The notes under the pieces: model-generated | Databases searched by the model: none | What the model saw: the letters and a program-made list of their open reading frames with translations, nothing else | What the model was told of the DNA's origin: nothing | Part shown: positions 26,517 to 39,332 of the stretch, one piece after another | How the letters are laid out: every line of letters begins with the position of its first letter | How positions within the stretch are numbered: position 1 is the first letter of the stretch | Source: Octopus bimaculoides | Lineage: Eukaryota | Direction: 5' to 3' | Length of the DNA stretch: 64,000 bases | Assembly: GCF_001194135.2 (NCBI RefSeq) | Contig: NC_068983.1 | Coordinates: 80,086,434-80,150,433, forward strand | Program-made: the position numbers and the translations under genes

Positions 26517-28289
26517 AGCTTGAAAAGGATTCCTTCTGTGTTGAATATTTCCTCTGTTTCTAAAGTTCAACCATTGTAGTATTATTTTCAGAAAAGACTT
26601 ATCTCACATCTGTGTCAACTTCTTTTTTTATCTAGTTTGGCATACATGTAAAAAAAAGATATCTAATTTATTTATTTCACTTTTATACAAATAACACATA
26701 TAAACTTGTATATAAAATTTCAAAATGATAAGTGACAAGTTGAGAATTTATGCTGTGATAATCAGATACTTTCGTTTATAGATAAAAAGAATATCATTTT
26801 TTGTAAGGCAATTAAATCACTGATGTACTAAGGTTACATATGTAGTATGAGCAACTTATATTGCTCACTTGTCTTGTAAATAAGCCACATTTTATATTTT
26901 ATTTCTGCTTATAAGTAATCAGCCTTATAAAGATGTGATAACTTACTTTCTCTTAGGCATGAGAGAATATATCTCTGGTATAAGGCACTGAAATAACTAT
27001 ACGTACACAAAGATTCTGCTTAATTGTACTTTTCCATGTGATCCACATATAAAAGTAGTGCAGTTTAAGATGCTTTATTATTAAAAGTATAAAACAAACA
27101 CAAAGAGCTTTTATCAAAAATAAAACAAAGAAATTATCAGCAAACTCTCATGTTACTGCTTTCTCATTTATTATTTTTCTCTGCGGACATCTGTTTTATA
27201 TTTGGAAATGTACTTGAAGAAAGTATTTTACAGTTGGATATTATCCCTTATAATAAATTATTATTGGATTTATACCAATTTTCCAGTTAGACTAGCAGTT
27301 CTAATAAAGCAAATAATACATCTTAGTCAAGAGCATGTTTTAATATTGCAATATGCTCTAAAATCATGACACTAACCTCTTAGCTTTTAACATTGAGTAT
27401 CTAACAGCCATTTCTTTTTAATTAAAGATTTCTTCGCATTGTTGTGGAGTTCCAGAACACATTTGTCATTTAAAGCAATGTCAAACTAGAATATCTTTAT
27501 TGACATGATCTTTTCTAGTAAGCAAGGAAGAGAACTGTCAGTGGGCTCTTCAACTATTAGTTGACCACAATGTCTTTAGGGTTTCTATTATAATTACATT
27601 CCCCTCTAGTATATTAAACTGACCTCATTACTTCAATGACACTTTACTTTATCAATCCTCAAATGATGAAAAGTAAAGTTGACCTCAACAAGATTTGAAC
27701 TCAGAGAGAGCTGAATATTGCAAGCATTTTGACTGACATGCTGATGAATCTGTCTATCTGCTACACACTGCTATTTGATCTCAGAATAATAAGGTCAATA
27801 ACTTGATACAAAAATGCATTTAGGCCATCTAGCTAACAAGATAGATAAAATTAGAAATAGTAATATTTTTTTAAATAAGTTTACTGGTTAAATTTGTTTA
27901 AGATTGCAGAACATACCCTTATACATTTTTCTGCATGTCAGTACTTATTTTTTTTAGATATTTCTGATTTGTGCATGTTAGAAAGTTGTTTACAAGCCTA
28001 GCATTGAATGAACATCTTCAGTTTATAGCTAGTTTGGGAAAAATCCAATATTAACTTTGATATTGACCTTAAAGTATTAGTATTCTTTTCCATTGCTCCA
28101 AGTAATAGATAACACAAAGATTTCTCATTAAATATTTATGTGGAATAAAAAGATATTCTTTTGAAGATAAAATTAGAAATTTACATAATCACATAAAAAA
28201 ATATGATAAATCCAAACTGAAATAGACAAAAGCGATGCACTACACTTGCTTGTTAAATGATAGGCACAGTCTGCATTTCCTTTCTTGTT

Positions 28290-28600
28290 GATGACAAGCA
28301 CAATATGATTTGCCCTTGACATCAATAAAGCTTTCAAATGAATTTAGCAATAGAACCTTGGAGCTAAGTTACTCGCCAATAAACTCTTGCTCATCTCTGG
28401 TTGTTGGATTTATACCAATTTTTCAGTTAGACAAGTAGTTCTTTTAAAACAAATATTATGCTTCAGCCAAGAGCATATTCTAATATTATAGCATAGTTTA
28501 AATCTATGACAAATACTTCTTGGCTTGGACACTGAATATCTGACAGTTATTTCTATTTAATTAAAGAGCTCTTCACATTGTTAAAGAATTGGATCAGATA
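28290..28600 (+). mobile_element. Decayed CR1/L2/Jockey-type RT fragment, partly duplicated at ~27260-27460
   Basis: GCCCTTGACATCAATAAAGCTTTC encodes ALDINKAF (RT motif ALDISKAFD). The ~190 bp following TTGGATTTATACCAATTTT recurs as a diverged direct repeat ~1.14 kb upstream. Confidence 0.55.
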
Positions 28601-31372
28601 TTTTTCCTATCAGAACACTCTACTCAGTGTGTGATAACTGAAATCTCTCAGATATATACTTTGTTGAATGTATTATATTCCAGAATTAATTTATGTCTTT
28701 AACAGTCTTATTATTACTGTTACTTTTAACCATATGCAACACTATGCAGATAATAACACCCTTTAATTCTCTATAAACTCTCACACATAAATTGTTGTAG
28801 CATGTTGGTGAATGAGTCTATCATTTTGTAGATGTCTTGAGCTAAACTTGCACTGATTCTTTGAATGAAAACTTTGAAAATACTCAGATGACAACCTTAT
28901 CTTCTACAGCACAATGTCATACCTGTTACATATATATCAAGAAAGCATACAGGTAAAGCCCACAAAGTCACTTCAAATGCTAGAGCTCACATTCTTCAAT
29001 GATTTCTCATGGCAACTGTATTTATAATATTACCAAAAAACAAACCTTTATCCTTCAAACTGAGCTTCCTCTTTAAGCTCGGAAGAACTTCAGCCCTTAT
29101 CAGTTGCTGACCTGCTATTAAGCTAATTTACACTGTAGATTTGAGTATTGTTCATATATCTGAATTTGTATTATTGTTATGAACACAAACATTCTAAACT
29201 ACACCCAGAAAATAGATATCAAACTGATTGGTAGACTCATTTACAAACGTGCTACAACTTAGCTGACAAATGCACTGTTTCTTCTTTCTGCCTCTCTTAA
29301 TACTACTACAACAGCAAATTGAATTCCATCTCTACTCATTCCATTCAATGTATCTGTCTCTCCTTGTCTCATCATGCCTAAATTATTTCACTTCTCCACA
29401 CACCTTTCATCAAATAAAATCTTTGCTCAATATTCTTTCATTTGAAAATTTATTCCTGCAGACATCTACACGCATAAGTTTATCATGAACACTATTAGCA
29501 TCAACCTCATCAGTCCAAAATTGCTTCATTTTAACTCTTCATGAAAATGCATTTAAATATAAACTATCAGATATGTTGTGGATAATGTATCTGGTATTTA
29601 GGCTATCAGTTTTGCTGCCAATACAAGCTGACAGCTGGAGTATTTTATAAATAAAAAAAGAAAGTCAAAATAATCATTACCTGAAAGGTTCAACTGGGAA
29701 CTGAGAAATACAAAGCTAATGAAAGTTCTTCAAACAATAACATATCAATGGGAAAGAACATAACTGCATTCATGTTGATAAAACTTCAAACACAGTACAT
29801 TAGGTTTTTAAAGTTAAAGTTTCTTACTCTAGAAAAATCATCAATAATGTGGATATTTCCTTTACATATATTCATACAGTTAGATGTACAGTTTAAATGA
29901 GTGGCCTGAAGCTTATTTGCAATTATGAGTATTTCATTTACGTTGGTATAGTAGATATTAAAGAAAAGCTTTTGTTTTCTGACCAGTCCCCTTTTAGAAA
30001 ATTGTTTTTGTGGTAGTATTTGATGAATTGAGCAAATAGTAATTAGAAAGACAAGATGATTGAGTGGATAAGGTATTAGTCATAAGTTTAATGTATTTCT
30101 GGACAGGGCATCTCATTCTACATTATTTCATTTCATGTAACTAACAGTTAGTAACAGGTACCAAATTATCTGATAGTGTTATTTATGAAAGGTTTGTGTC
30201 CTATTTGCAACATTATCTCTCATCTGCTTCACACTACAGTACTCAAACTAACATCAGCTCTTAAGGAATCCCCACTAAGCCTGGAAGGCATATTCTTTTC
30301 TTACCCGTTTTTTCAAAAATTGTTATTGACCTTTTTGTTTGTGTTAAATGTACCTTGCCTGGAGACTCTTGTGTTTATATTTCTCATGTTTAAGTATATA
30401 CTTATCTGTTATCTGTTATATCATCTCACCAACTTATAACAATCTTTTAAATTTATTATATCATAATCCATGTAAAATTTTGTGGCCTTGTTGCAAGTAA
30501 CAATTATGTTGTGTAATGAAAATACTGTCTACCAATTTCTCACAGTTATATATTCATCATAGGTCTGCTCAAATTCACTTCAACCTATCCAGTACATTGC
30601 ACATGCTGATTAGGACACTATTAAATAGATTACTTTTAAACAGTAATGACTAAAGAGATTTCCTGCTTATTAATAAAACTATTAATTAAAATGCTCTCAG
30701 CCTCAAATCTAAACCAGTATCCCATTTCCCACCTTAGATCTTTGCCTTTTTTCTACTTATTACTTTTAGCCTATATAGTTATTCTTTCATATCTAATCTT
30801 CCATTTTCAGCACAACCATATTATATCAATTTTTTTCTTTCTTTCTTGTAAACATCATTGAAGGATCTTAATGTTCAGCTGTTTCCTCTTTTGTCTAAGT
30901 TTCTTAAATCTATTCTTGGTAACTACCATTTTTCAGTCTGTGAATGAAAAGTTTGCTTTAACAATTTAATATCTATCATCTTTCCTACATAATCTGCCCA
31001 TTCCAGTTGGATGTTGGATGATGCTATGCACAATACTACCTAGATTGACACCTGATTGACACCTAACATTGAATTATTTTGTCTTTCATATGTGATGTTT
31101 AAGTTGCTTTACACTTGGACATTTCTGGTATAACCATCCAAGCCTTTTAGATATTTATTGTTCACAGTTCAGATTTCTGCAACATTAATGTCATTGTCCA
31201 AGAGTTTAAATTTTCAAACTTGTTTCTTATCATAATTTTCTAAAGAATCTCATTGACAGTAAGTTTCTACTTTTTCAGACTATTACTTTCATCTTCAGAG
31301 ATGAAAAGTCCTTTAATACTTGCATCTGAGCTCCATTAAAATTAATTTAAGAAATAAAGGTTCATAGTTTAA

Positions 31373-31586
31373 CCCCATAGCACTAAGATTACTCTGTCAA
31401 ATGTAATGCTTATTTATTCATGTTGTTTTGAATTAGTCATGCATTATGTCATAGCTTCAAATTTCAATGACATAACTGTTTATTTTTTAAATGACATTGT
31501 TGGGTAGGTATGAGAGGCTGAATTTATCCTGTTTGAACATAGGTAGAATATTTGGACTGGATATGATCAGTTTAAATTCTAAAGGG
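31373..31586. mobile_element. piggyBac-type MITE (TTAA TSD)
   Basis: TTAA at 31369-31372 and 31587-31590. Ends CCCCATAGCACT and AATTCTAAAGGG form an imperfect TIR. Confidence 0.8.
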
Positions 31587-32419
31587 TTAAATACAGTTTC
31601 AAATTATGTATCTGGTAACGATTAGAATGTAAACTAATCAAAATGTAATGTAAATGTAAATATTGAAATAATGTTCCATTTCTAAGACTGAGGTTACTGG
31701 TTTGAAAAAAAAATCCTATTAACTACAAACATAGCTCAGATATTTAGACTTTCCTTGACAATGTTTGCTTACATCAAAATTCTTGCTTGTAAAGTAATTT
31801 GTTATATTTCCAAAGGTATTGATGTTAATTTCATTATTAAATCTCACGTATTTGAATGATATGTAATGACTACATCTGCACTTTAGTTTTGATTGCATTT
31901 CATTCCAGGTTCAATTTTACATTAGCTTCTGTAATCACCAATAGTTATAAATTTGCTGAAGAGATGCAAATGCAGTAGCATAGTTGATATATTTGTTACT
32001 TTAAGTTATTGTGTGTGTGGAAAGAGAGAGGTTGGAGAGAGAGAACCATTATGCAGTCTTTCAACCTTTGTATCCTGTCAAACCAACCCAAGCTAGCATG
32101 GAATAAGAATGGTAAATGATGATGATATGTATATGTTCATACACATACACACATGAGAGCTGGAAGCATGGGTAATAGTAGCTTCAGTGACTATGGCATG
32201 GGTGGTAGACAGGTGATAAAAGAGAGCATGATAAGAAGGGTGAGTGACTGATGTTTTAGAGGCATGAGTGGCTATCAATGAGGTCAGTGACATACATATA
32301 TATGCCTTTTTACATACATATATATGCCTTTTTACATATTCACACTTACTTAAAGGCTTACACTATGTGTACATATAAACATATACATAAATATGCATAC
32401 ATATATACAAATATAAACA

Positions 32420-32970
32420 TCTTTTCACCATGCCTAGATTTGTGAGCAGTTTTATGGAATGGCAGTTTTATGGAATGGCTGCAATCTCTCTACAGATGCT
32501 TTGTTTTAGTTCTGCTACTGTCAGGAGGTGGGGCCTCTTGTGTATACCCTGTTACAATTGTTGTACCTTGTATGGATACAAGTGTAGATCATGTTTTAAA
32601 ATCCTTCTGACAATAGTTTGCAAAATATTCAGCTGTTGAGCCAATCAATATGTGGACTTCGAGAGACTTTGTTCAATAGTGTTCCTCACACTTTGGCAGT
32701 TCTCTGCACTGTGAAACTTTCAAGGTCAACTTGGGGAATTTTTCTTTTTGTGGTATTGCCGGAGTCACGGAAGTTTGTAACAGCACACAGGATCACCTTT
32801 CCAAAATTCTGTTGAAATTTTCTTTAGGCTTCAAATGACAGATCTTTTGCTGGTGAAGTATGTTTCAACCACATATGCAATTTCTTTTGGAGTCCACGAC
32901 ATTATGAGATTCACTAACACCAACTACCTGTAAAAAATAGTAAAATCTTAGATAATATGTTGAGCTCCTG
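32420..32970 (-). mobile_element. Internally deleted Tc1/mariner-superfamily transposon remnant
   Basis: ATG at 32902 gives MSWTPKEIAYVVETYFTSKRSV; later fragments read VTNFRDSG and RILKHDLHLYPYKVQ, typical of transposase N-termini. The sequence then jumps to a C-terminal-like TVAELKQSICREIAAIP. One end reads TA|CAGG (32970); the other end was not resolved. Confidence 0.75.
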
Positions 32971-33011
32971 TATATCAGTATGTATATATATATATATATA
33001 CACACACACAC

Positions 33012-33535
33012 ATGATGGACTTTCCCATCCGTTTCAATGTATGAGGCTCTGACAATGCACTCTTTCTTTGTTAGTCATAATGCTTTTGCTGAATGTGACA
33101 CTTAAGTTCCACCAACGATTTGCAAAGAAGGCCACTGATGTTGCAAGTATGAGGATTACAGGTCAGTGCAGGTGGTATATTTGCAGCTGCTTTCTCCTTT
33201 GCCTTGCACCCCAAAGCCTGTTAATGCTGGCTGCGACAAAGTTTTCAATACCATTTTGACACACCAATCTCCATTTTGTTTGTTCCACGGTTGTTCAGTC
33301 AAAGATGTTGTGAGCTGTCTTCATCTCTAAGAGGTTACTCATCAGCTTGTCCTTATATCTGAGCCATGGTCGACCAACATTCCCATGCTCACACTCAAGC
33401 TGGCTGTACATGAGGATTTTGGGTATTCTTTTGTCACTCATTCTGACGACATAGCCAGCCCAGTGCAATTGTGATTATATAAGCAAGCTCTCAATTCCAC
33501 CAATCTTACACTTGCTAAACAAGTTACAAGAATGT
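33012..33535 (-). mobile_element. RTE (BovB-like) LINE 3' fragment
   Basis: Translates to KCKIGGIESLLI*SQLHWAGYVVRMSDKRIPKILMYSQLECEHGNVGRPWLRYKDKL, similar to the RTE QLRWAGHVVRM...GRP..RYKD motif. Followed by a decayed terminal zinc-finger-like segment and a short tail. Confidence 0.85.
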
Positions 33536-33848
33536 TGTTGACAGTGACTTCAAAGTTTCAGCCAGCTAAATTTGTACCCTACAAAAGTATAGATTAGTGT
33601 AAAAGTAACTGAACATAAAAACAAACATTAATATATTATTTACTTTATATCACAATTGGTGAATAAGTGTCATCTTTTTATGCATTCAATGGGCCACTCG
33701 CTGTTTCACTGCATTTCTAATGGCAAATGTGAATAGTAAGTGCCTGTAATTTGGTACAGAGCAAAACTTACAAAGGACTTAGGTTAGAATACAAATTTGT
33801 ATAAAAGAAAAGCTATTCTCCCTCTCTCTCTCCCCCCCTCTCTCTCTC

Positions 33849-33894
<46 letters not shown>

Positions 33895-34310
33895 TGGCAA
33901 CTCTGTCACTTGGGCTGTTTGGGCTTAGCCCAAATATAAATTTAGTAAAGGGAACCTGTGTTTCAAGTTGATTTAATTTCTGCCAACACTGACTTCAAGT
34001 ATGTAATTTCAGCAAATAACTTGGGCTCCTTTTATTGAGCCTGGTCATAATTTATTTATTTTTGTTCAGTGTCTGGCAGTAGTCTTGGAGGTGTTCTGTG
34101 TCAAAAAATATCATTCATAGCAGACATTCTTTCAACACGGTTCACAAGTGTCTGACTCAAACTCAGAAGTTACAGCCTGAGTTGTTATATATAATTGTAA
34201 AAATTAAAAGTTATGCAAATTCAATGTTTTCTTGAAACAATAAATTTCTAGAGATTGGGATTTAAATTCTACACTATGAAAAGTTTCCATTCTACAATAT
34301 TCTTAAAGGA

Positions 34311-34353
34311 ATGAAAAATTATCCAGCAACTCAGACTAACACAGATGAGCCTG
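34311..34353 (+). CDS. Candidate first coding exon segment of the TANC-like gene (MKNYPATQTNTDEP, phase-1 donor); putative exon 34070-34353
   Basis: Acceptor TTTATTTTTGTTCAG ends at 34069; in-frame upstream stop at 34263; ATG at 34311; strong donor CTG|GTAGGT after 34353. Its phase 1 matches the phase-1 acceptor at 50471. No homology support. Confidence 0.3.
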
Positions 34354-35242
34354 GTAGGTGTAAAAGACTAACTTGCATCTCTTGTTGAAAGCACAGGCAA
34401 CAGTCAGATCACTGATGTTTGTTGTGCACTCTGCCGTCATTATTTGATTACTTTTATTCTGCGCATCTGTGTGTAAAGATCAGTTGTGTTATGCAGGGTT
34501 GCTTTATTTTTACCCTTAACTTAGAAATGGAGAAAGACATAGTGCTAGATATAAAAATAAGCCATTTTGGGCTAGAAATATTGTGGAAAAAGCAGGCATG
34601 TGTCTTATGTGAAATTTGTGATGAGCCTGAGTGACACTGATGACCTGGAGTTGCCTCTGTTATATATACATACATATATATATATTTGTGTGTGTACATG
34701 TATATGTGCACCCATCTGTATGTCTACAATTTACATTTGGACATAATTAAAAATCACACAGCTATGAGCAGTGATGTTGCTGTCGTTTCCCCTGTAATCA
34801 GGTCACTTACTGGCATTGCACCTTTGAAGATGTGTGAAATATGATATCCCTTCCTTGAAAAACTGATAAGAGTTAATGACAGGAAGGGCATCCAGCTATA
34901 AAGTATTTGCCTTGATAATATATTCATCTGATTCCATTCTAGCATGTAAAAACAAATGTAAAACCAAACAAATATATATCTGTATATATGTGCACACTCA
35001 TATATATATTGACGTTTATATGTACGCACACACACACAAGTACCTATGTATGTTTGTGCCTGCATACATACATATAAACATTTTTAACATTTGTAATTCT
35101 CATATCAGTAGTTGTATGAATGATAGCTATCTTTCACATCACAAAAAATAATGCACATCAAACAAACATACATATACAACGATTCATGAGACAGCATTGA
35201 TGTAAAAAACCACTACCAATATTGTATTTGCACATACAAACA

Positions 35243-35278
<36 letters not shown>

Positions 35279-38227
35279 ATGTAAGTATCCATGCATATGA
35301 GAGAGAGTGTCTCTAAATCTAATCAATATTTCAAAAAAGCTAAATATTTTTATTGTATAATACTAAGAGGGTTGGTATCAATAGAAAGAAAGTTGTAAAG
35401 GATACAGTTCTCAAGAAAAGTTATTTAGCATGTGAAGAGCTTTTAGGAGTATCAAGAAATACAAAAACTAATAACACTGATATTGGTAGAAAAGGCAAAT
35501 AGTTATATTGGAGAATCTGAATGACAAATAGGAAATGAAATTATGAAGACTATAATAGAGAAATTTTTTAATTCAAATATATTTTGCCAGAAGTACACCA
35601 TGTAATGAAGTATAATGTCTGAGGTTTTCCTGTTTTTGCTTCAAGGAAATTGGTAGTGTGCTTATATGACAATCTAGTTTCAGGTGCCTGCACAACTATA
35701 GAATATTTACATGCTAAGAATACTCTTTTCCATGTAAATTATTAACTTTCCAATTTGTCATTTTTTTGTCCACACCAGGTTATTATATTTTTGCAGACCA
35801 TATTTGCATATTCTTTGATAGGATTGGCTGAATCAGTACAATGATGACCAGAATGTTTTATGTTATTTACTTACATCCTTTTACTTTGTGAGTTCAATTC
35901 CTGCCAAAGATTTTTTTAAAGTATTCTGCCTTCCATACTACCTGGTTTGATAAAATAAGTACCAGAAGTGTGTTGGTACAAAAATGATTGACTGTTTCCT
36001 CTTTAAACAGTTTATAGCTGCTTGCAAATGTTAGAAAGCAAAGCCATTATATTTTACAATGATGAATACTGGAATGATGCTATAGTTTCTTAGCTCATCC
36101 TAGAAGGTAAGAAGAGAATGTTTAGCAGAAATCCTTGTAAATTTGAATTAGAATACATCAACAGAAAGGTTAATTGCATCCTTTGTTTCTCAATTACTCT
36201 TGATTCTAATCATTACTCTGATTGTTTTTAGATGGCATATTTCTACACATATTCTTTGGTTAATATCTATTTCACAGATCTTTATTATAACTCAAATGTT
36301 TCAAAATCTTGTTCATTGTACCGCAACTATATGACTCAATTGATATCACTTGCTACAACAAAAATAAGAAGAAGCTGAAATTTTGAAAGAAAAGCACAAA
36401 TATTTCTTTGATAAGATAATGAATATTAACACAGTGAGAGAATGGTTCACTTTCAGATGAAAGATTTTATATAACAACAGTCACAGGGAATGAAAATTAT
36501 TGTCGCTACCAAATGTAAAGATCAATACTGAACACTTGAAGGATAAGACTTTGAGAAAGGAATGCATCATTAAAATTTACAGTTTGGTTGAGATATTTTT
36601 ATATTTTCATTCCATGGTAGAACTAGAACTATATGTAAATCTTGTTGGTTTTATAAGAACTCCATTTATAATTCTATACAATCACCATTAAGAAAGAAAT
36701 AAAAGCCCACTACTATTCTTTGATGCAATGAAAAGAATGTCATAACTTGTGTCTTTTAATACCCAACATCTGCTGGACTCAGCCTAACTTGTTGTCAAGA
36801 AAGACATCATAAACTGACTAACATGCAAAATCCATCTGCACCAGTGACGCTTACAAACAAGAAATCTGCCAGTTGCAGAATACAAACTTGCATTAGAAAT
36901 AACCACTGTAAACCATATTACCCAAACTTATGAGAGAGCTACTACATAATTACTCAACATGCCAGAAATAGTAGCCGAATTTTTCTCGAATTACAGTCTA
37001 TCGTCGTCTTTAAAAAAGAATAAAGATATACATCAAATAATGTTATCAAAAGTACTTATGTTTGAAAAAAGGCTGGATTATACACCTACTCAAAGGACAA
37101 ATTTTGGTTGAAAACAATAAGCTGTCCTAAAGCAGAACATGCCCTTGGGAAACAAGTATTTTAACCATGCACCCATATAATATTCTCAGAATATTATATT
37201 ACCAAGAGACAAAATCATTTGAGATATTAAATTGATCACATTTCATTAATTTATTTAAAGACCTAAAAAGAAAGAGATATAACAACTAGATATCAGAACT
37301 GGAGAAATGTAATTTGAATTAAAGCCATAAAGTTTAAAATGGCAAGCTGTCAGTAGAACAAAAAGGAAAATACTGAAATGTTCATGCACAATCATGTTTT
37401 TACATTTATTTCTATGTGCTTTCATCATCAGGATTTATATTATAAACAAACAAAGCACCAGAGAGAAAACTACTAAAATAGATAAAGAGGCCACATTCAT
37501 TAAAGCAATTTAATGTACCTTTAACTCAGTAACACTAAGATAAGTTGAAATAACCATAATAATTGTCAGTGGATAGGGATTTTGAAAAATGAATTGCAAT
37601 AAACATGTTATTTTGTTTGGGTTGTGTTTTTGGGTATTTTGTCACCATTTCAGTCATTGCCAAAAAACATATATAGAATATATTGATTAAAATGTTAGGG
37701 TGATAAAAGCACTAAATAAATTGATACATCATATTATTCTTTGAGACACAACCATTTTGTTTTTTACCTTTCTATGATGTAAAATTTATTCAGTCATCCT
37801 ATATTATTTACATTTATAGTAATTTTATGATTGCAATTCATTTCCAATATGTATTATATTTACTACCAACTAGATTAAAGAAGTCTCACTTTCTATGAAT
37901 AAAACCTATTTGCATTTCCCAATTATAAATTGGAATTTTTTTTTTCTTTCTTTTTTGAAACAAAATTAATTGGACCATTTTTCTTCTTCTGAGATGTTCA
38001 TCCAACTTGTGAAATTAGAAACTGGAAATGCAAAACATAAGCTGAAACAATTAATATGATCATATAAGTTTAAGATTTATGGCTTGCTCAGGCTCTCACT
38101 GGAAAGAGAGTGTGTGTGTGTGTGTGTGTGTGTATTCTATTACATTCATTTATATACTGCTTTGGTTAAATTTTTAAAATCTAATGAACTGGAGAGTATT
38201 TTTCTATTTTTCTTACATTAAATATAG

Positions 38228-38330
<103 letters not shown>

Positions 38331-39241
38331 ATATTGACTACATGAAAAGAAATGTGCTGGCAGATGTTCTGCTATTTTAAAAATATTGGAACATGTGAAG
38401 AATAATGACAGTTGTTGAAATTTTACATGAAGTGGAAAGTGATAATTTTCTTACTAAATACATAGAAAAGTGTGGTTTTAGCAACATATAAAAATAAGAA
38501 AACCGATAGCTGTTCCAGTCAATTTTCCATGTATTTGAAATAGGAATAACTGTAATCATTAGCTTGTTATCTTTATAACTCTTGTTATAATGAAGGGGGA
38601 GTTTTCATATACTGGGATATGGTAGAATTTATCATTTTCATATGTTATAATCTTTAGTTTACCGCTGAAATAAATTGATTGAAGTTAGTGAAATGGTAAT
38701 TAAAATTATTTGAGATTAATGTGAATTGATCAAAGTTAAACAGAATTACTAGTAAATGGCTTTTGTTGTTTAACCCCATCTTAGTCTTGATTGACCAGAC
38801 TTATGTGTCAGTCATAATGTATCTAGAACTTTCTGATATAATGATTTTGTTTGTTTAAGACAGTCACAAGTGATTGAAAGGAGATGTAGTTGCTACTTCA
38901 ATCTGATTGAGCAATAGTATAGAGAGTTGACTACTGGTAACAAATGAACTGGAAAGAAGTATAAATAGTTAAACATTTGGTGTACCAGTGTTTCTGATTT
39001 TTCTCTTTTTACTTTTTACTAAAAAAGGATATCTTTTACAAAGAAAATATTGAATATTATATTATGTATCTTCCAGTACAAATCTTTAAAATGTTATAAA
39101 CCTTATACATACAAAGCCAAGTATATTTACTTGTGCTATTTTGGGAATATCTTCCTAAATTCAGCTTCTCAATTTGCTATCCATATTTTAAATTTAGAGT
39201 TAAGCAAACTCATTCTAAATACCAAAGTTTGGAAAATCAGC

Positions 39242-39244
<3 letters not shown>

Positions 39245-39328
<84 letters not shown>
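39245..39328. repeat. (TA)n(TG)n compound microsatellite
   Basis: Read directly from the sequence. It explains the spurious ORFs 39050-39420. Confidence 0.97.

Positions 39329-39332
<4 letters not shown>

Noticed and set aside
27741-27747. CTGATGA as a hammerhead core
   Set aside because: It lies in a decayed SINE head with no matching GAAA box or stems.
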